A stretch of DNA of 64,000 bases. It comes from Octopus sinensis. Taxonomy: Eukaryota. The notes under the pieces are model-generated. The model was given only the letters and a program-made list of their open reading frames with translations. It had not been told where the DNA came from and made no database searches. Positions 12,316 to 24,933 of the stretch are shown here, piece by piece. The translations under genes and the position numbers were made by a program. Location: contig NC_043012.1 of NCBI RefSeq assembly GCF_006345805.1, forward strand, positions 5,146,001 to 5,210,000, given 5' to 3'. The stretch's first letter is position 1, and each line of letters opens with the position of its first letter.

Positions 12316-13985
12316 TTTGAAGTACTCTCTCGAGGAGAGAGTATTCTCTACCAAAGTAAATACAAAACCACCAGATTACGGTATTAAAAGCTGTGAACGA
12401 AATTGGTGATGAGTATTTACAATAGTGTGATGAACCCACATACTGGCAGATTAACGCCTGTCTGTGTGCGCTGGCTACTACTGTAAAACAGTACATGAAT
12501 GATATTCAAAAAGTAAAAACGTAAAAACCGAAATAACAAAGAAAGTACCATCATGGGTTTTGAAGACAGAGAAAATGATAACTGCTTTACGGAAGACCAT
12601 CAGTCATGTAATGATGCTTATTGCATGCAAACAAGCAAATTACTATACGCCCCACCAACAGAAAGTAAAGACGGAGATTGAAATGATCCGAGGCATTGAT
12701 ATGAAAACCCGAAAAATACTAACAAGCACGCATAATTTCCACATATAGTGACGCAGGCCACTTCTACCTAAAACGTAAACAAGGCGGCAGAAGCTTAACA
12801 GCGATCCAGAATGCCTTTGAATGTCGCATCGCATCATATCCCCTCGGCAACATCTTCTAACCACCAAGTTTCGAAATGCATTTCTTAACCAAGTTTGCAT
12901 ACATGAAGCTGATAACATCATAAGACTTGGAAGACTTAGTCTGATAACCTAGAGTACATGCCCAAAGAAGTCGCACGACTCTACCACAACGTATCATCAG
13001 ATGAAAGGATGAGCCTGTATGAGCAGAAGACTATGCATAGAGTTGTCTGTAGAAAGCTCCGTGATGATAGTAACATCGACCATCAAAGCAGTTTATCATG
13101 GATCAATAACCGGATTGCTACCTCCCAATTTTAAGGTACCTGATCCACAAAAGGGGTAGAGAGGCAATAAATGCTATAAATTGTGACAACCGATGCAGAC
13201 TTTGTGGAGTTCACACTGAAGATATCCCGCACGTCATAAGCAGTTGTCCGAAATGTCATCACAGTATTATCTACCGATGAGACATGATGTTTTAGCAAGA
13301 ACACTCTATAATGAAATCCATCGGAAGGATAATCCCAAGGACAAAGAAATAAGAACCCACAATAGTGTAGAAGCCAAAGCCACTCATAATAAAAAAGGAA
13401 TACTGGTGGAATGAACCAGTGAAGACCTCAACAGAATGTAAGCACAACTGACCTGATATAATGATTTGGGATAGAGAAGAAAAACTGTACACAGTTGTGG
13501 AAATTAGCTGCCCAGTGGATGTTAACATAAAGCTGAAGATCAGTGAAAAAGGGAACACCTATGTTGAACTATTGAGAAATCTACAGTTACTCTATCCAGA
13601 TTACAATTTCAGGTTTATACGTCCCTGGGATATGTAACACACTGCCTAAATACCAATCTTGAGAAATTAGCCTCTCAAAACCAGAAAGGAGAAAGCTAAT
13701 TCAAAGACTACTGATCCAATCCATCACTGGAACTAAAAATCCGTAAAACTTTCCAGATGTTCATCATTTAAATACATATGAGTATGTCTAGGTATGAAAC
13801 TATTTGCATGAGAATACATATATAAAACACAACATACGATTGTGCATGTGTACACACGTACGTACAAGCAAAAATACATTGTTGCTGAAGTCGAAATTCC
13901 AATGAAGGAACCTTGTATCTGGATTCGAAACCGGTTCTTTCTCTATTGGCAAGACATCTTGAAATTAACTGAATAATGGCAAATA
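11361..13985 (+). mobile_element. R4/Dong-clade RLE non-LTR retrotransposon, RT core deleted, flanked by (CATA)n
   Basis: N-terminal ORF 11535-11891; PSWVLKTEKMITALRKTIS; IDMKTRKILT and LKRKQGGRSL; CCHC finger CRLCGVHTEDIPHVISSC with RHDVLAR; RLE motif HN*PDIMIWDREEKLYTVVEISCP; stop near 13771; 3' UTR runs into (CATA)n. No YADD/RT core seen. Confidence 0.85.
12038..12313. mobile_element. (GTA)n-flanked inverted-repeat insert (Penelope-like terminal repeat remnant) inside the LINE ORF
   Basis: Core 12130-12250 is homologous to 43080-43222; arms cattatttacattatttacattcgac / gtcgaatgtaaataatataaataatg. LINE coding sequence resumes after the right (GTA)n tract. Confidence 0.6.
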
Positions 13986-15411
13986 CACACATACATACAT
14001 ACATACATACATACATACATACATACATACATACATACATACATACATACATACATACATACATACATACATACATACATACATACATACATACATACAT
14101 ACGTGATTGCGTTCCTACATTCTGTAAGTCTGTACTGGAGAAAACCCTGTGTATTGCTGACCCTCATCTACAGTAGAAGCACAACGTGGTACTTGTTTGA
14201 TGATGGGCTGCTATGGCATATGCAGTCATTTGTCAATTCACAGAGATTTTGTCTATTTGATCACTTTGATCATTCATATGTAATGGAGTTCAAAATAGTG
14301 CTGAAAGAAATGTAACAAGTATTAATGTTGTCCTATATCGCTCCTTAGAGTTCTTCTGTGATGTTAGATAGAGAGTTAGTGAGACATCTAGAGAGAGAAA
14401 GACAGAGAGAGAGACAGCGACAGAGACAGACAGACAGACAGACAAATAGATAGAAGGTAGACAGGTAGGTAGGTAGGTAGTAAGATAAATACAGATATAT
14501 AGATACAGCTATATACATATATGTACATACATATAAGCATACATAAATACATATATATATATATACACGTATATATATTTATATATATACATATACATAT
14601 ACATGTACATATATGCATATACATATATATCTCGCTCTCTCTCTCTCTCCATATATATCATACACACACACCACATATATACATTAATACATATATATGT
14701 ATATATATAAGATATATATATATATATCTATATATTATATATATATATATATTATATATTATAATATATCAGATACATGTACAGATCTATACATATCTAT
14801 ATATATACATATACGTTTACATATATACATATATATACGTATTTCCTATAACGATTAGAGGTAGGATGAGCCCCATCTTATGGAATATTCGGTCTGTACA
14901 CAAAGGTGGTTGCAGAACATTCCCATCACACCATCTTTTCATACGTCTGTTTTTATCAGTCAATACATAAAGAGATTTCTGCTACTTCTAAGTCTACGAC
15001 CGTCTGCATGACAGCATGACAATATCAATGGATAATTTTCGATGTTCTATCGTTTTCTTTTAGTGTTGGGCCCCCACTTTCAAGCGTTCATACAAGTTCT
15101 TTCGGCTTCAAAACGTTGTCTGATTCATCTTCTGTCTATTTCAGGGAGGGCTAAAAAAAAAAATGTCCATCACCAACATTAAGGGAGACAATCGAGAGAG
15201 ATCGAAATAGCCATAAGGCACTTTCGGTATCCCGAATTCTCGACATTCCACACGCAAACACACACACACACACGCACGCACACACACGCACACATACACA
15301 CACTTACACGCGCACACACACAGATGCGCGCGTACACACACACTTGCACATACATTTATATTTTTATATTCGTGTGTGTGTGTGTGTGTCTGTATTTATA
15401 TATATATGTAA

Positions 15412-15452
<41 letters not shown>

Positions 15453-16483
15453 GTAAAAATAATTAAGATTCAAGTCAGTTCTAATGAATTCACTTGAATG
15501 CGGTACTTAACTTAGATATACCAGAAAACTATATGGTATTAACCATACAATAATGTGGGGTGATTATAAACGAGAAAAAAGCAACAAGAAAACTAATCCA
15601 TTCTTGTTGCTTTTTTCTCGTATATATATATATATATATATATAATAGATAGATATAGATATAGATAGATAGATGATAGATAGATAGAGATAGATAGATA
15701 GATAGAGATAGATAGATAGATAGATATACACACGTGTGTTTATGTATTATGTATGAATGTGTGTGTGTGTATATATATATACATATATATATGAAATGTT
15801 TATACACACAGATACATATATACATAAGTATATATGTGCGTGTGTGTGTGTGTGTATGTATGTATATATACATATATATGTGTGTATGTGTGTGTGTGTG
15901 TATGTATGTATGTATACATGTGTATGTATTAACGTATGTATGTAAGTATGTATTCATAAGACGGGTGGCCTCATACGAGTTCTCTGCTAAAAGGCTTTGG
16001 TCAACTGGTAACTATATTAAAAACCATAAACTTGGCAAAGCCACTGCCTTTTATGATCGAACTTGTAAACACTTCGTTGTCAACCGTTCTTCTTAATCAC
16101 AGAGGCATGCCTGCGGCCAAATATATATGTACATACAGTTGTTCTTAAGTAAACCTTATATATGTTGGCCTAACTCCAGCAACAATAACAACAACATATG
16201 CCAATATTGTAATTCTATCATAGCTTCACATATTACTTACTACTCGCTGTCAAAGACAGACAACTGGTCGTTTTGACTATACGAGCATAGTGTGATTATG
16301 CTAAATGCATGAAGGGAGGGGAAGGGAGGACCGGATGCGAAGAATTATTTTACATAGCTAAACAAGAAGGTACTCACGGATATTCCTATTTGCATAAATA
16401 GATTTCAGTCACACATGTATATGGACGTACGTGTGTATATGTATATATGTGTATACGTATATATGTATATACGTATATATGTG

Positions 16484-16519
<36 letters not shown>

Positions 16520-16726
16520 AAGAGGAACACAGTGTGTGTCACACTGTGTCTATATACATATGCGAGCGTGTATGTGTATAGTATATGTATATATAGCTGT
16601 ATTTCATATATGTGTATATGTGGTGTGTGTATGAGTGTCTACGTGTATGTCATTAAAAATTGCACACAGATTGTATGTATAAATATATATATATGTATAT
16701 GTATATATAGAGAGAGAGAGAAAGAA

Positions 16727-16758
<32 letters not shown>

Positions 16759-16765
16759 GTATATA

Positions 16766-16980
16766 TATTTCTTTACTACCCACAAGGGGCTAAACACAGA
16801 GGGGACAAACAAGGACAGACAAAGCGATTAAGTCAATTCCATCGACCCCAGTGCGTAACTGGTACTTAATTTATCGACCCCGAAAGGATGAAAGGCAAAG
16901 TCGACCTCGGCGGAATTTGAAATCAGAACTTAACGGCTACGCATTTCGCCCGGCGTGCTACCGTTTCTGCCAGCTCGCCG
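16766..16980 (-). mobile_element. tRNA-derived SINE type B monomer
   Basis: Reverse complement has head cggcgagctggcagaaacggtagcacgccgggcgaaatgc, B box gatttcaaattcc, and the gtcgactttgcctttcatcctttcggggtcgataaattaagtaccag domain. Confidence 0.85.
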
Positions 16981-17018
16981 GAGAGAGTATTTATGTTTAT
17001 GTTCCTAATAACATATTG

Positions 17019-17060
<42 letters not shown>

Positions 17061-17083
17061 ATATATATATATATAATTATATA

Positions 17084-17121
<38 letters not shown>

Positions 17122-17146
17122 ATATATATATATATATATATATAAT

Positions 17147-17202
<56 letters not shown>

Positions 17203-17220
17203 CAAATGATTCGAGTACGC

Positions 17221-17256
17221 TCGTCTGTTGAAGAGCGTAGGCTCGAAACGTAAAAT
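17221..17256 (+). ncRNA. A6U-variant minimal hammerhead, copy 1, in a short (TA)n-flanked repeat (~17200-17345)
   Basis: CUGUUGA-A-GAGC[GUAG]GCUC-GAAA-CG-UA^AAAU; palindromic ACGU stem III; 5' strand of stem I is altered. Confidence 0.5.
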
Positions 17257-17585
17257 ACTTTTCATTTTCTCGAGCGTCAAACTAATTCACTTGCTTGTTG
17301 CTCATACACCTGTTTTCGTCTTTTGTTTTTGCTATAAATTTCAACGTGTGTACATTGAGACATATTTATGCATTAGCATTCATATGTAACATATAATACG
17401 CATACATACACATGCATACACATACATACGCATACAAACAAATCACATCATACGTACACACACACACACACACGCATATATGTGTGTCTGTGTGTGTACG
17501 CACGCGCACGAGTGTGTGTGTGTGTGTGCATGTACGATGTGATTTGTTTGTATGCGTATGTATGTGTACGCATGTGTATGTATGC

Positions 17586-17638
<53 letters not shown>

Positions 17639-18049
17639 ATATATGTATATACATATAAAGCTGAAGTTGTCTGTATTTGTGTGGCAGGTTTCATAGCCTT
17701 CAACTAACAATATCTCCTCCGAGACCCTGCGGTGCAAGTTGACAGTATGATAGAAGACTTGCTCTTCATTCCGTAGAAGAAAAAATTCGAATCGGACCAT
17801 GTTAAGACCAAAAATTATTTACATACAAAAGCTGCTTTTTTTCTATGAAAATTCCTATATTTTTACGATATTTTGACTGCTGTGTCGCCATTTTTCCGTG
17901 TATTTCAACCAGAAAAATGTTCACTTAAAAAGAATAAAAAGCTACATAGTGCAATTTTTTTACTTTTGAAAAAAGATTGAAACTATGTCAAAACTTTGTT
18001 AAGGCGACATCAAAGTCTGCTGTTTTAAGCGCAACTAAAAAACAAACCC

Positions 18050-18172
18050 GAGCGAAAACACCTAATGCTTCACGAGGCTCCGGCGGGGGTGGGTGAACAC
18101 AAATTTCTCTCGCTTTTTCCTCCTGTTTCTGTTGTCACTTTCTGTGTCATGCTAAATCTTCCCGAGAACTAC
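18050..18172 (+). mobile_element. SINE type D internal fragment
   Basis: gagcgaaaacacctaatgcttcacgaggctccggc...cttcccgagaactac matches 20110-20282. Confidence 0.7.
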
Positions 18173-18189
18173 CCCTGTAATGGGAAAAA

Positions 18190-19298
18190 ATGCCAGGTAG
18201 CAGGACAGCACACTCGACTTTTAAGCTACCTCTCAATTTAGTAGCATCAGAGACGCCTTCATGCAACATCTGCAAAAGCTCAGACCAGGGGCAGGTCCTT
18301 GGAAAGTGTCATCTCAACGTCTGGGATGAGTGCACCATGGCTCACAAGGGACTTCTGGAAGCATTAGATACATCCCTCAAAGACATCGGAGAATGTTGTC
18401 GGGTGATTTGAGGCAGACCTTTCCTGTCATTCCCAAAGGCACTAGAGCAAATAAGGTCCAAGCTTGTTCGAAGTCCTCTCCCCTTTGGCGTCATGTTACG
18501 ATCCTGACTTTTACCACTAACATGAGAGCTCATCTACTTGGCGACCAAATGTCCACAATGTTTGCACAGGACATTTTGACACTTGGCGATGACATGGTGC
18601 CTCTCGACACTAGGAGAAATGGGAGTATGGCCATTTTCTACTATTGTTCATTCTCTGGATGACCTCAAAAACAAAGTGTTTCCCAACTTGGCAGAAAATT
18701 ACAAAAACCACAATTGGCTGTGTAACAGATCAATATTAGTTCCAAAAAACGTCGCTCTTAAGAAACTTAACGAACAGCTAATGCATTCTCTTCTTGGCAG
18801 TCTTCACACTTACAAGTCTCTTGATACATTTCCAGATCAAAATGAAGTGGTGAACTATCCTACAGAATTTCTCAATTCCTTGGAGCCTCCTGGACTACCA
18901 CCCCACATATTACGACTTAAAGTTGGAACTCCTGTAATGCTGCATCGAAATCTGGAACCGCCACGACTTTGCAATGGACAAGACTGGTGGTAAAGAAAAT
19001 GATGTCACATGTTATCGAGGCTACCATTCTTTCTGAGTGTGGAAAAGGTGATAACGTTTTCATTCCAAGAATTCCTCCCATCAGGAGCAATATTTTCATT
19101 TTCATTCAGAAGACTGCAATTCCCGACTTAATAAATCCCAAGGTCAGATACTCTCTATGGCTGGCCTTTTTTTGGAAGAGTCCTGTTTTTTGCACGGACA
19201 ATTGTGTGTTGGCTACACAAGAGTGGGAGGCAAAACAAACCTCTTTGAACGCTCGAGAAAGAAAAGCAGGGAATATTGCTTACAACGCGGTGTTATAA
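18190..19298 (+). mobile_element. Helitron RepHel PIF1-helicase C-terminal remnant (frameshifted)
   Basis: Motifs SRTAHSTFKLPL, WDECTMAHK, SGDLRQTFPVIP, LTFTTNMR, FLNSLEPPGLPPHILRLKVGTPVMLHRNL, FIPRIP, NKSQGQ, HGQLCVGYTRVG. Confidence 0.92.
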
Positions 19299-19360
19299 TC
19301 ACAACAGCCACAACGTAGGTACGTGGTCACCTTTTCTTTAGCAAACCTTTTATGTATGTA

Positions 19361-19987
19361 TCTATATATATATTAAGAAATTTATCTATAATAATTATTG
19401 TGGCATTTACTGTTCGTACATGTGCTTCTAATTCGATAAGCGATTAAAACAATATAACTATTTATTGAGATAATCTTCTTATGGAAAAATATAGTTCAGG
19501 ACATTTTATACGACCACAAAGACGACGACGACAACGTCACATTTTCTATATGAGTGTATGTGTGTGTGTGTGCGTGTGAGTGTACGAATGTCTATATGTC
19601 TGTCAGTATGTGTGGGTGTGTGTGGGTGGGTGTGTGTATGTGTGTTTCTGCGTTCGATGAGTGTCACATTTTGTATATGAGTGTCTATGTGTCTGTGAGT
19701 GTATGTGTGTGAGTCTTTCAGTGTGTAAACAATAAAACATTTCATAAACATAATCTCTATAGTCAACTATAGTACAGGACATTTTATATGAGTGTGTATG
19801 AGTCTGTGCGTGTGTGTGTGTTTGTGCGTTCGATACAAACGAGACACTAAATGACATTTATACTATGGCGACGACGACGTCACATTTTTATATGAGTCTG
19901 TGAGTATATGAGTGTGTATGACTTAAACAAGTAAAAGAATAAAAATCATATCATTCTAATCCCGAGCAAAGCAGGATGTCTCTGCTA

Positions 19988-19988
<1 letters not shown>
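19361..19988 (+). mobile_element. Non-autonomous Helitron with internal tandem repeats
   Basis: 5' A|TCTATATATATTAA and 3' CCCGAGCAAAGCAGG (degenerate hairpin) ...GCTAG|T: the canonical A/T insertion with TC...CTAG ends. Internal repeats of cacatttt(c/g)tatatgagtgt. Confidence 0.75.
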
Positions 19989-20019
<31 letters not shown>

Positions 20020-20021
<2 letters not shown>

Positions 20022-20397
20022 AGGCGCAATGGCCCAGTAGTTAGGGCAGCAGACACGCGGTCGTATGATCGCGGTTTCAATTCCCAGACCGGGCGTTGTG
20101 TGGGTTTATGGAGCGAAAACACCTAAAGCTCCACGAGGCTCCGGCAGCGGGTGGTAGCGAACCTTATTGTACACTTTCATCGAAACTTCTCTCACTCTTT
20201 CTTTCTGTTTCTGTTGTACCTCTATTTCAAAGGGCCAGCCTTGTCACACTCTGTGTCACGCTGAACCTTCCCGAGAACTACGTTAAGGGTACACGTGTCT
20301 GTGGAGTGCCCAGCCACTTGCTCGTTAATTTCACGATCAGGCTGTTCTGTTGATCGGGTCAAATGGAACTCTCGTCGTCGTAACCGACGGAGTGCCA
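20020..20397 (+). mobile_element. tRNA-derived SINE type D, full length
   Basis: A box TGGCCCAGTAG, B box GGTTTCAATTCC; 3' tail ...gtcgtcgtaaccgacggagtgcca shared with type C SINEs. Confidence 0.9.
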
Positions 20398-20494
20398 CAC
20401 TATATATATATATATATATATAATATATATATATATATATCCCTACACACATTTACAAAAATATATAAATATAAGTGTGGGTGTCTTTGTAATT

Positions 20495-20648
20495 GTGTTT
20501 GTCCTCAAGCACCGCTTGACATTTGTTTACGTTCTTGTGACTTAGCTGTTCAACAAAAGAGACCGATTGAATACGTACCAGAGTGAATGCGTTCAAGGTG
20601 TTGCCTCAGTATGGCCGCAGTTCAATAAATGAAACAAGTAAAAGATAA
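20495..20648 (+). mobile_element. SINE type A 3' part, diverged
   Basis: caccgcttgac...aaaagagaccgat...cagtatggccgcagt...gaaacaagtaaaag matches the type A tail. Confidence 0.65.
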
Positions 20649-20649
20649 G

Positions 20650-20900
20650 CTTTGATGATTCCCCTCGGTAGATGGTCAGCACATCTCTGAGCTGGTCGAT
20701 CGAGTTGCTGAATAGGGTGGAATCGCCAGCATACTCCAAGTCGATAAGGTTGTGGTTCCCGAAGGTAACGCCAGAAAGTCGCACACCAACCTTGGTAATC
20801 AGATATCGATGACACAGCTGAAGAGGTCAAGGGCGGCCACGAAGCCATCTGACCCCAATGCATATTGTGCTTCTGAAATGGGTATGTACACACAATTTCT
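20650..20900 (-). mobile_element. RTE-clade LINE reverse transcriptase fragment
   Basis: GVR-GFVAALDLFSCVID (GVRQGCVxAPxLF) and LIDLEYAGDSTLFSNSIDQLRDVL (LEYADD motif). Confidence 0.8.
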
Positions 20901-21493
20901 TGAGTATCTTTCGTCTAGTGGCAGCGCACCTACCCTTTTGCACCTGTAAAACCAATAAGTAATGACTAATATCTATATCTCCATAACGTGCAACTTTGTA
21001 ACTGATATCTTCACAGTTTGGTACTAGTGTAGAGGTAGACGATGACAGAATGAAGATGAAGACAGCGTTCGATTGTTTTATGAAGCCTTGCTTTATATTT
21101 ATAGAACATGAAATCTATCGTAGTAATTCCTTTGTATTGGAATTAATTTTTTCTTTTTCTACCCTGGCAGGGTGTAAGTTAATGTTTCCGTTCCTGAGAT
21201 TTGATCGCCAAACGTAAAATGCAAAATAAATACGAGAAACCGGAAGGCATCGATGACTTTGACACACAAGTACACACTGATTCTCTCTCACATACATACA
21301 TACAAATATACACAAAGTTACATCCATGCAGATATATATGTGTACATGCATACACACACACATATGCATATATTCTTCTATGTTCAGAAACACACACAAA
21401 TATAGTGCCAATCCATTCATCAATGCATATGTGAGGGTCTGCAAGAGGGTATGTGTGTGTGTGTGTGTGTGTGCATGTGCGTGTGCGTGTGTG

Positions 21494-21524
<31 letters not shown>

Positions 21525-22330
21525 CCGTGTCCCCGTCTGTGTGTGTTCATGCCTTTGTTGATGCATTATCTAATCTCCATACATAATCTCTAAATCATAA
21601 TATAATCAGAATATTTATCATTCTCCACTTATTTCGCAGATGAAAGGAAAAGCTAATGAGACAAGAACAACGTCGCCGGCTTTATGGAAGAACAGATCGA
21701 TACTTGAGATAGTCATGGCTGCCTGATGAAAAGAAATCTCCATTATACCTACATCATACGCATTAGTACACAACATGCTACCATGACTCAAGGGTGCGAC
21801 TGTGGAGAATACAAAACTCTACACTTCCCTCTATGTCCTTCCCACGAAGATAATCCCACGCGCCATGCTTCTCACGGCTTCTGTGTTTGGTATATAGGAT
21901 GCTATGCGTCGAAAGGATTGCAAGATAAATGTAAAACCAACGACATAAATGATATCAATGATATATTGCACGTAAGCATGATTTCCAACACACTTCTGTT
22001 TGATCTCCTGTATGCCTGTTTCTCATATATCTAACAGTCTTTTTATCAGTCAGCATGTAAAGGCATGTGTGTGCATGCATACACACACACACATATACAT
22101 ATGTATGTAAAGATATATATTTATACACACACATATAGACATACACACGTATATATATGCACCTGTATGTATGTGCAAATATATGTCTTTCTCTTTCATT
22201 CTCTTTCTCCACACACACACATATATATATGTGTCTGTGTGTGTGTGAATGGAGGGTGCGCGTGTACATTTTGTGAGGAGTATGTGTGATTCTCTCTGTG
22301 TATTTCCGTTTATAGTTGTATGTATAAATT

Positions 22331-22387
<57 letters not shown>

Positions 22388-22458
22388 CGGCATTCGCCAA
22401 GATAGATCGCTAGCCACTAAACCTTTTTTTATTTTCTATCCTTGTTATTTCTGTGCAC

Positions 22459-22494
22459 CTTTCTGTTGAAGAGCGTAGGCTCGAAATGTAAAAG
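22459..22494 (+). ncRNA. A6U-variant minimal hammerhead, copy 2, in a (TA)n-flanked repeat (~22388-22582)
   Basis: CUUU-CUGUUGA-A-GAGC[GUAG]GCUC-GAAA-UG-UA^AAAG. Stem I CUUU/AAAG; stem III with a U-G wobble; predicted cut 22490/22491. Confidence 0.55.
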
Positions 22495-22573
22495 ACTTTC
22501 TCACTTCCCGAGCATTAAACTAATACATCTATTTGCTGTTTACACACCTGTCTTCGTCTTTTGTGTTTTGTAA

Positions 22574-22605
<32 letters not shown>

Positions 22606-23019
22606 CATACATATATATGGATATATGAATATTTAAGCATGAGTATAGTGGCCTGCATTGTAAAACGAGTTTCATTTCAAGATCGTGCAGAAGTTTCTCT
22701 TTTCTCGGGTCAACACAGATCACGTGTACACACGTAACCGGTGCTATTTCAAAGTGAAGAAGAAAAAAGAAGACATTTTTCTTGACATATTTTCGCTTTT
22801 TTTTCTCTATTTTCATATTAGATATCGTAGTACCTCGTCTGTCACATAGGGAAGATGTACATTGGATGTGCTTCAAGAGCAACAAAGACTCAACACAGAA
22901 AAGATAGTAGATTTTTACCAGGAATAATACCGTTTTTACGATATCATATGGTGGTAATTTGTTTTCTAATCGAATAACAGTATCCGGCCATAAAGCGTAC
23001 AGCTTAAGATAACGACCAC

Positions 23020-23447
23020 TATATGCACTGGATTAAAGATTAAACAAAATAAGCATGTGCTTAGGGCATCAAGGGAAGAGAAAGGCACCACAAAAAATGG
23101 TAAATGGTTTATGGCACAAAAGAAATCACTTTAAACATGCTAAAATAACATTCTAAGTGGTTTATATGATTGGAAATATAATGTCGAAGTGTACATGGTG
23201 TCATAGTGAGGATTTAATCAAAGGCTTTTCGATTAAAACAAAGTAGGAGAAAACTTTTCAAATATAAATAAAATGGAAATAAAAAAAATAAACATTATTT
23301 TCCAATTTACTGTTAGTTTTATTTCATCTTTAAAAAAATTAAAATTTAATTTATAAGCTTATTGCTTATACTTGGAATTACATATATATGGAGGCACGAA
23401 AATCTTTTAAGTGCTTAGGGCCTCTGTGGGACTTAATCCGGCCATGA
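23020..23447. mobile_element. hAT-like MITE
   Basis: Right end cttaatccggccatg; degenerate left end tgcactggattaaag; subterminal direct repeat gtgcttagggc near both ends. Confidence 0.5.
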
Positions 23448-23809
23448 CCATACATCACTAGCCATATAACATGTATAAAACTATAACTTACTTATGAAGG
23501 GATGATGGTACTCGAATCGCTGTAAATGTCAATATTGAGCTTAAACTTTAGCTTTGTTTTTCGTGAAAATTTCTTGATACCCCGCATATTGGCTGTAGAC
23601 TCTGACAGAGTACATTTCCGCTCTACGGGCTACGGTATAGTATAGTATTGAAACGAGTGATTATTTTTCTGCAAGGAGGACGATATGTTTTGTTCTTTCA
23701 TGCGACAGACGTAGCCAAGGCGTGTCCGAATCTGGTTTCTTTGATCAGTTCTACACAGTTGACAGTGACTGATGATGTAGCTGTAAGCCTTTATCTGTGA
23801 CAAAATAGT

Positions 23810-24188
23810 TTTTCACTTGTGTCAGTCATTTGACTGCGGCCATGCTGGAGCATCGCCCATAATCGAAGAAATCTACTCCAGGACTTATTCTTTGTAAGCC
23901 TAATATTTATTCTGTCGGTCTCTTTGCCGAACCGCTAAGTTACGGGGACATAAACACATCAACATCGGTTGTTAAGCGAAGGCGAGGGAACAAACACAGA
24001 CACACAAATATATATACATGTATATATATACAACAGGCTTCTTCCAGTTTCCTGTCTACCAAATCCACTCACAAGGCTTTGGTCGACCCGAGGCTATAGT
24101 AGAAGACATATGCCAAAGGTGCCACGCAGTGGATCTGAACCTGGAACCATATGGTTGAGAAGCAAAGCTTCTTACCACACAGCCACTC
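23810..24188 (-). mobile_element. tRNA-derived SINE type A, full length
   Basis: Reverse complement of head (gagtggctgtgtggtaag..ggttcagatccactgcgtggcacc), internal (TA/TG)n tract, and tail gatgctccagcatggccgcagtcaaatgactg. Confidence 0.9.
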
Positions 24189-24510
24189 TCGTTATTGTAC
24201 TATTACTTATTTCTCTGTATTTTTAAAAACTGTGTTAAAAACTGTTTTACAAAATCAGCATGGCGTTGTACTGATTACTTGACCTAAAGGTGTTCACATG
24301 CTGTGTGTGTTTGTTTTTATTTTAAGATATATTTTATTAACAGCAGTGTACGCTTTTACTGAGTGTTCTATCGATTTTACAGATTTTCAAGTCTGCTATT
24401 CATTTTAATAGACATTTCCTACTAAGTGAGTATCTCGTCGCTTTTCTGAAATTGCGTTGGGGTGTGTGTTTCTTATTGAGTTTTGGTTGTGATTAGAGAT
24501 TTTGTAATTA

Positions 24511-24933
24511 TCTTTTCTACTCTAGGCACAAGGCCCGAAATTTTGGGGTAGAGGGCCAGTCAATTAGATCGACCCAGTACGCAATTGGTACTTCCTTTAT
24601 CGACCCCGAAAGGATGAAAGACAAAGTCGACCTCGGCGGAATATGAACTCAGAACGTAAAGACAGACGAAATACCGCTAAGCATTTAGCCCAGCGTGCTA
24701 ACGTTTCTTATTGCCCACAAGGGGTTAAACATAGAGGAGACAAACAAGGACAGACAAATGGATTAATTCGATTATATCGACCCCAGTGTGTAACTGGTAC
24801 TTATTTAATCGACCCCGAAAGGATGAAAGGCAAAGTCGACTTCGGCGGAATTTGAACTCAGAACGTAAAGGCAGATGAAATACCGCTAAGCATTTCGCCC
24901 GGCGTGCTAACGTTTCTGCCAGCTTGCCGCCTT
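24511..24933 (-). mobile_element. SINE type B head-to-tail dimer
   Basis: Two direct copies of atcgaccccgaaaggatgaaag(a/g)caaagtcgac..ggcggaat..gaactcagaacgtaaag; junction gctaacgtttct|tattgcccacaagg. Confidence 0.9.

Noticed and set aside
13216-13257. CUGAAGA...GAAAUGUC inside the LINE
   Set aside because: No stem II; the sequence encodes the CCHC zinc finger.
15125-15150. Strong minus-strand acceptor followed by ALPEIDRR*
   Set aside because: Too short to distinguish from chance; no polyadenylation evidence.
21640-21971. Non-repetitive island with a plus-strand acceptor and donor and the 102 aa ORF 21726-22034
   Set aside because: All frames from the acceptor hit stops and no homology was recognised; it could be a non-coding exon but this is unsupported.
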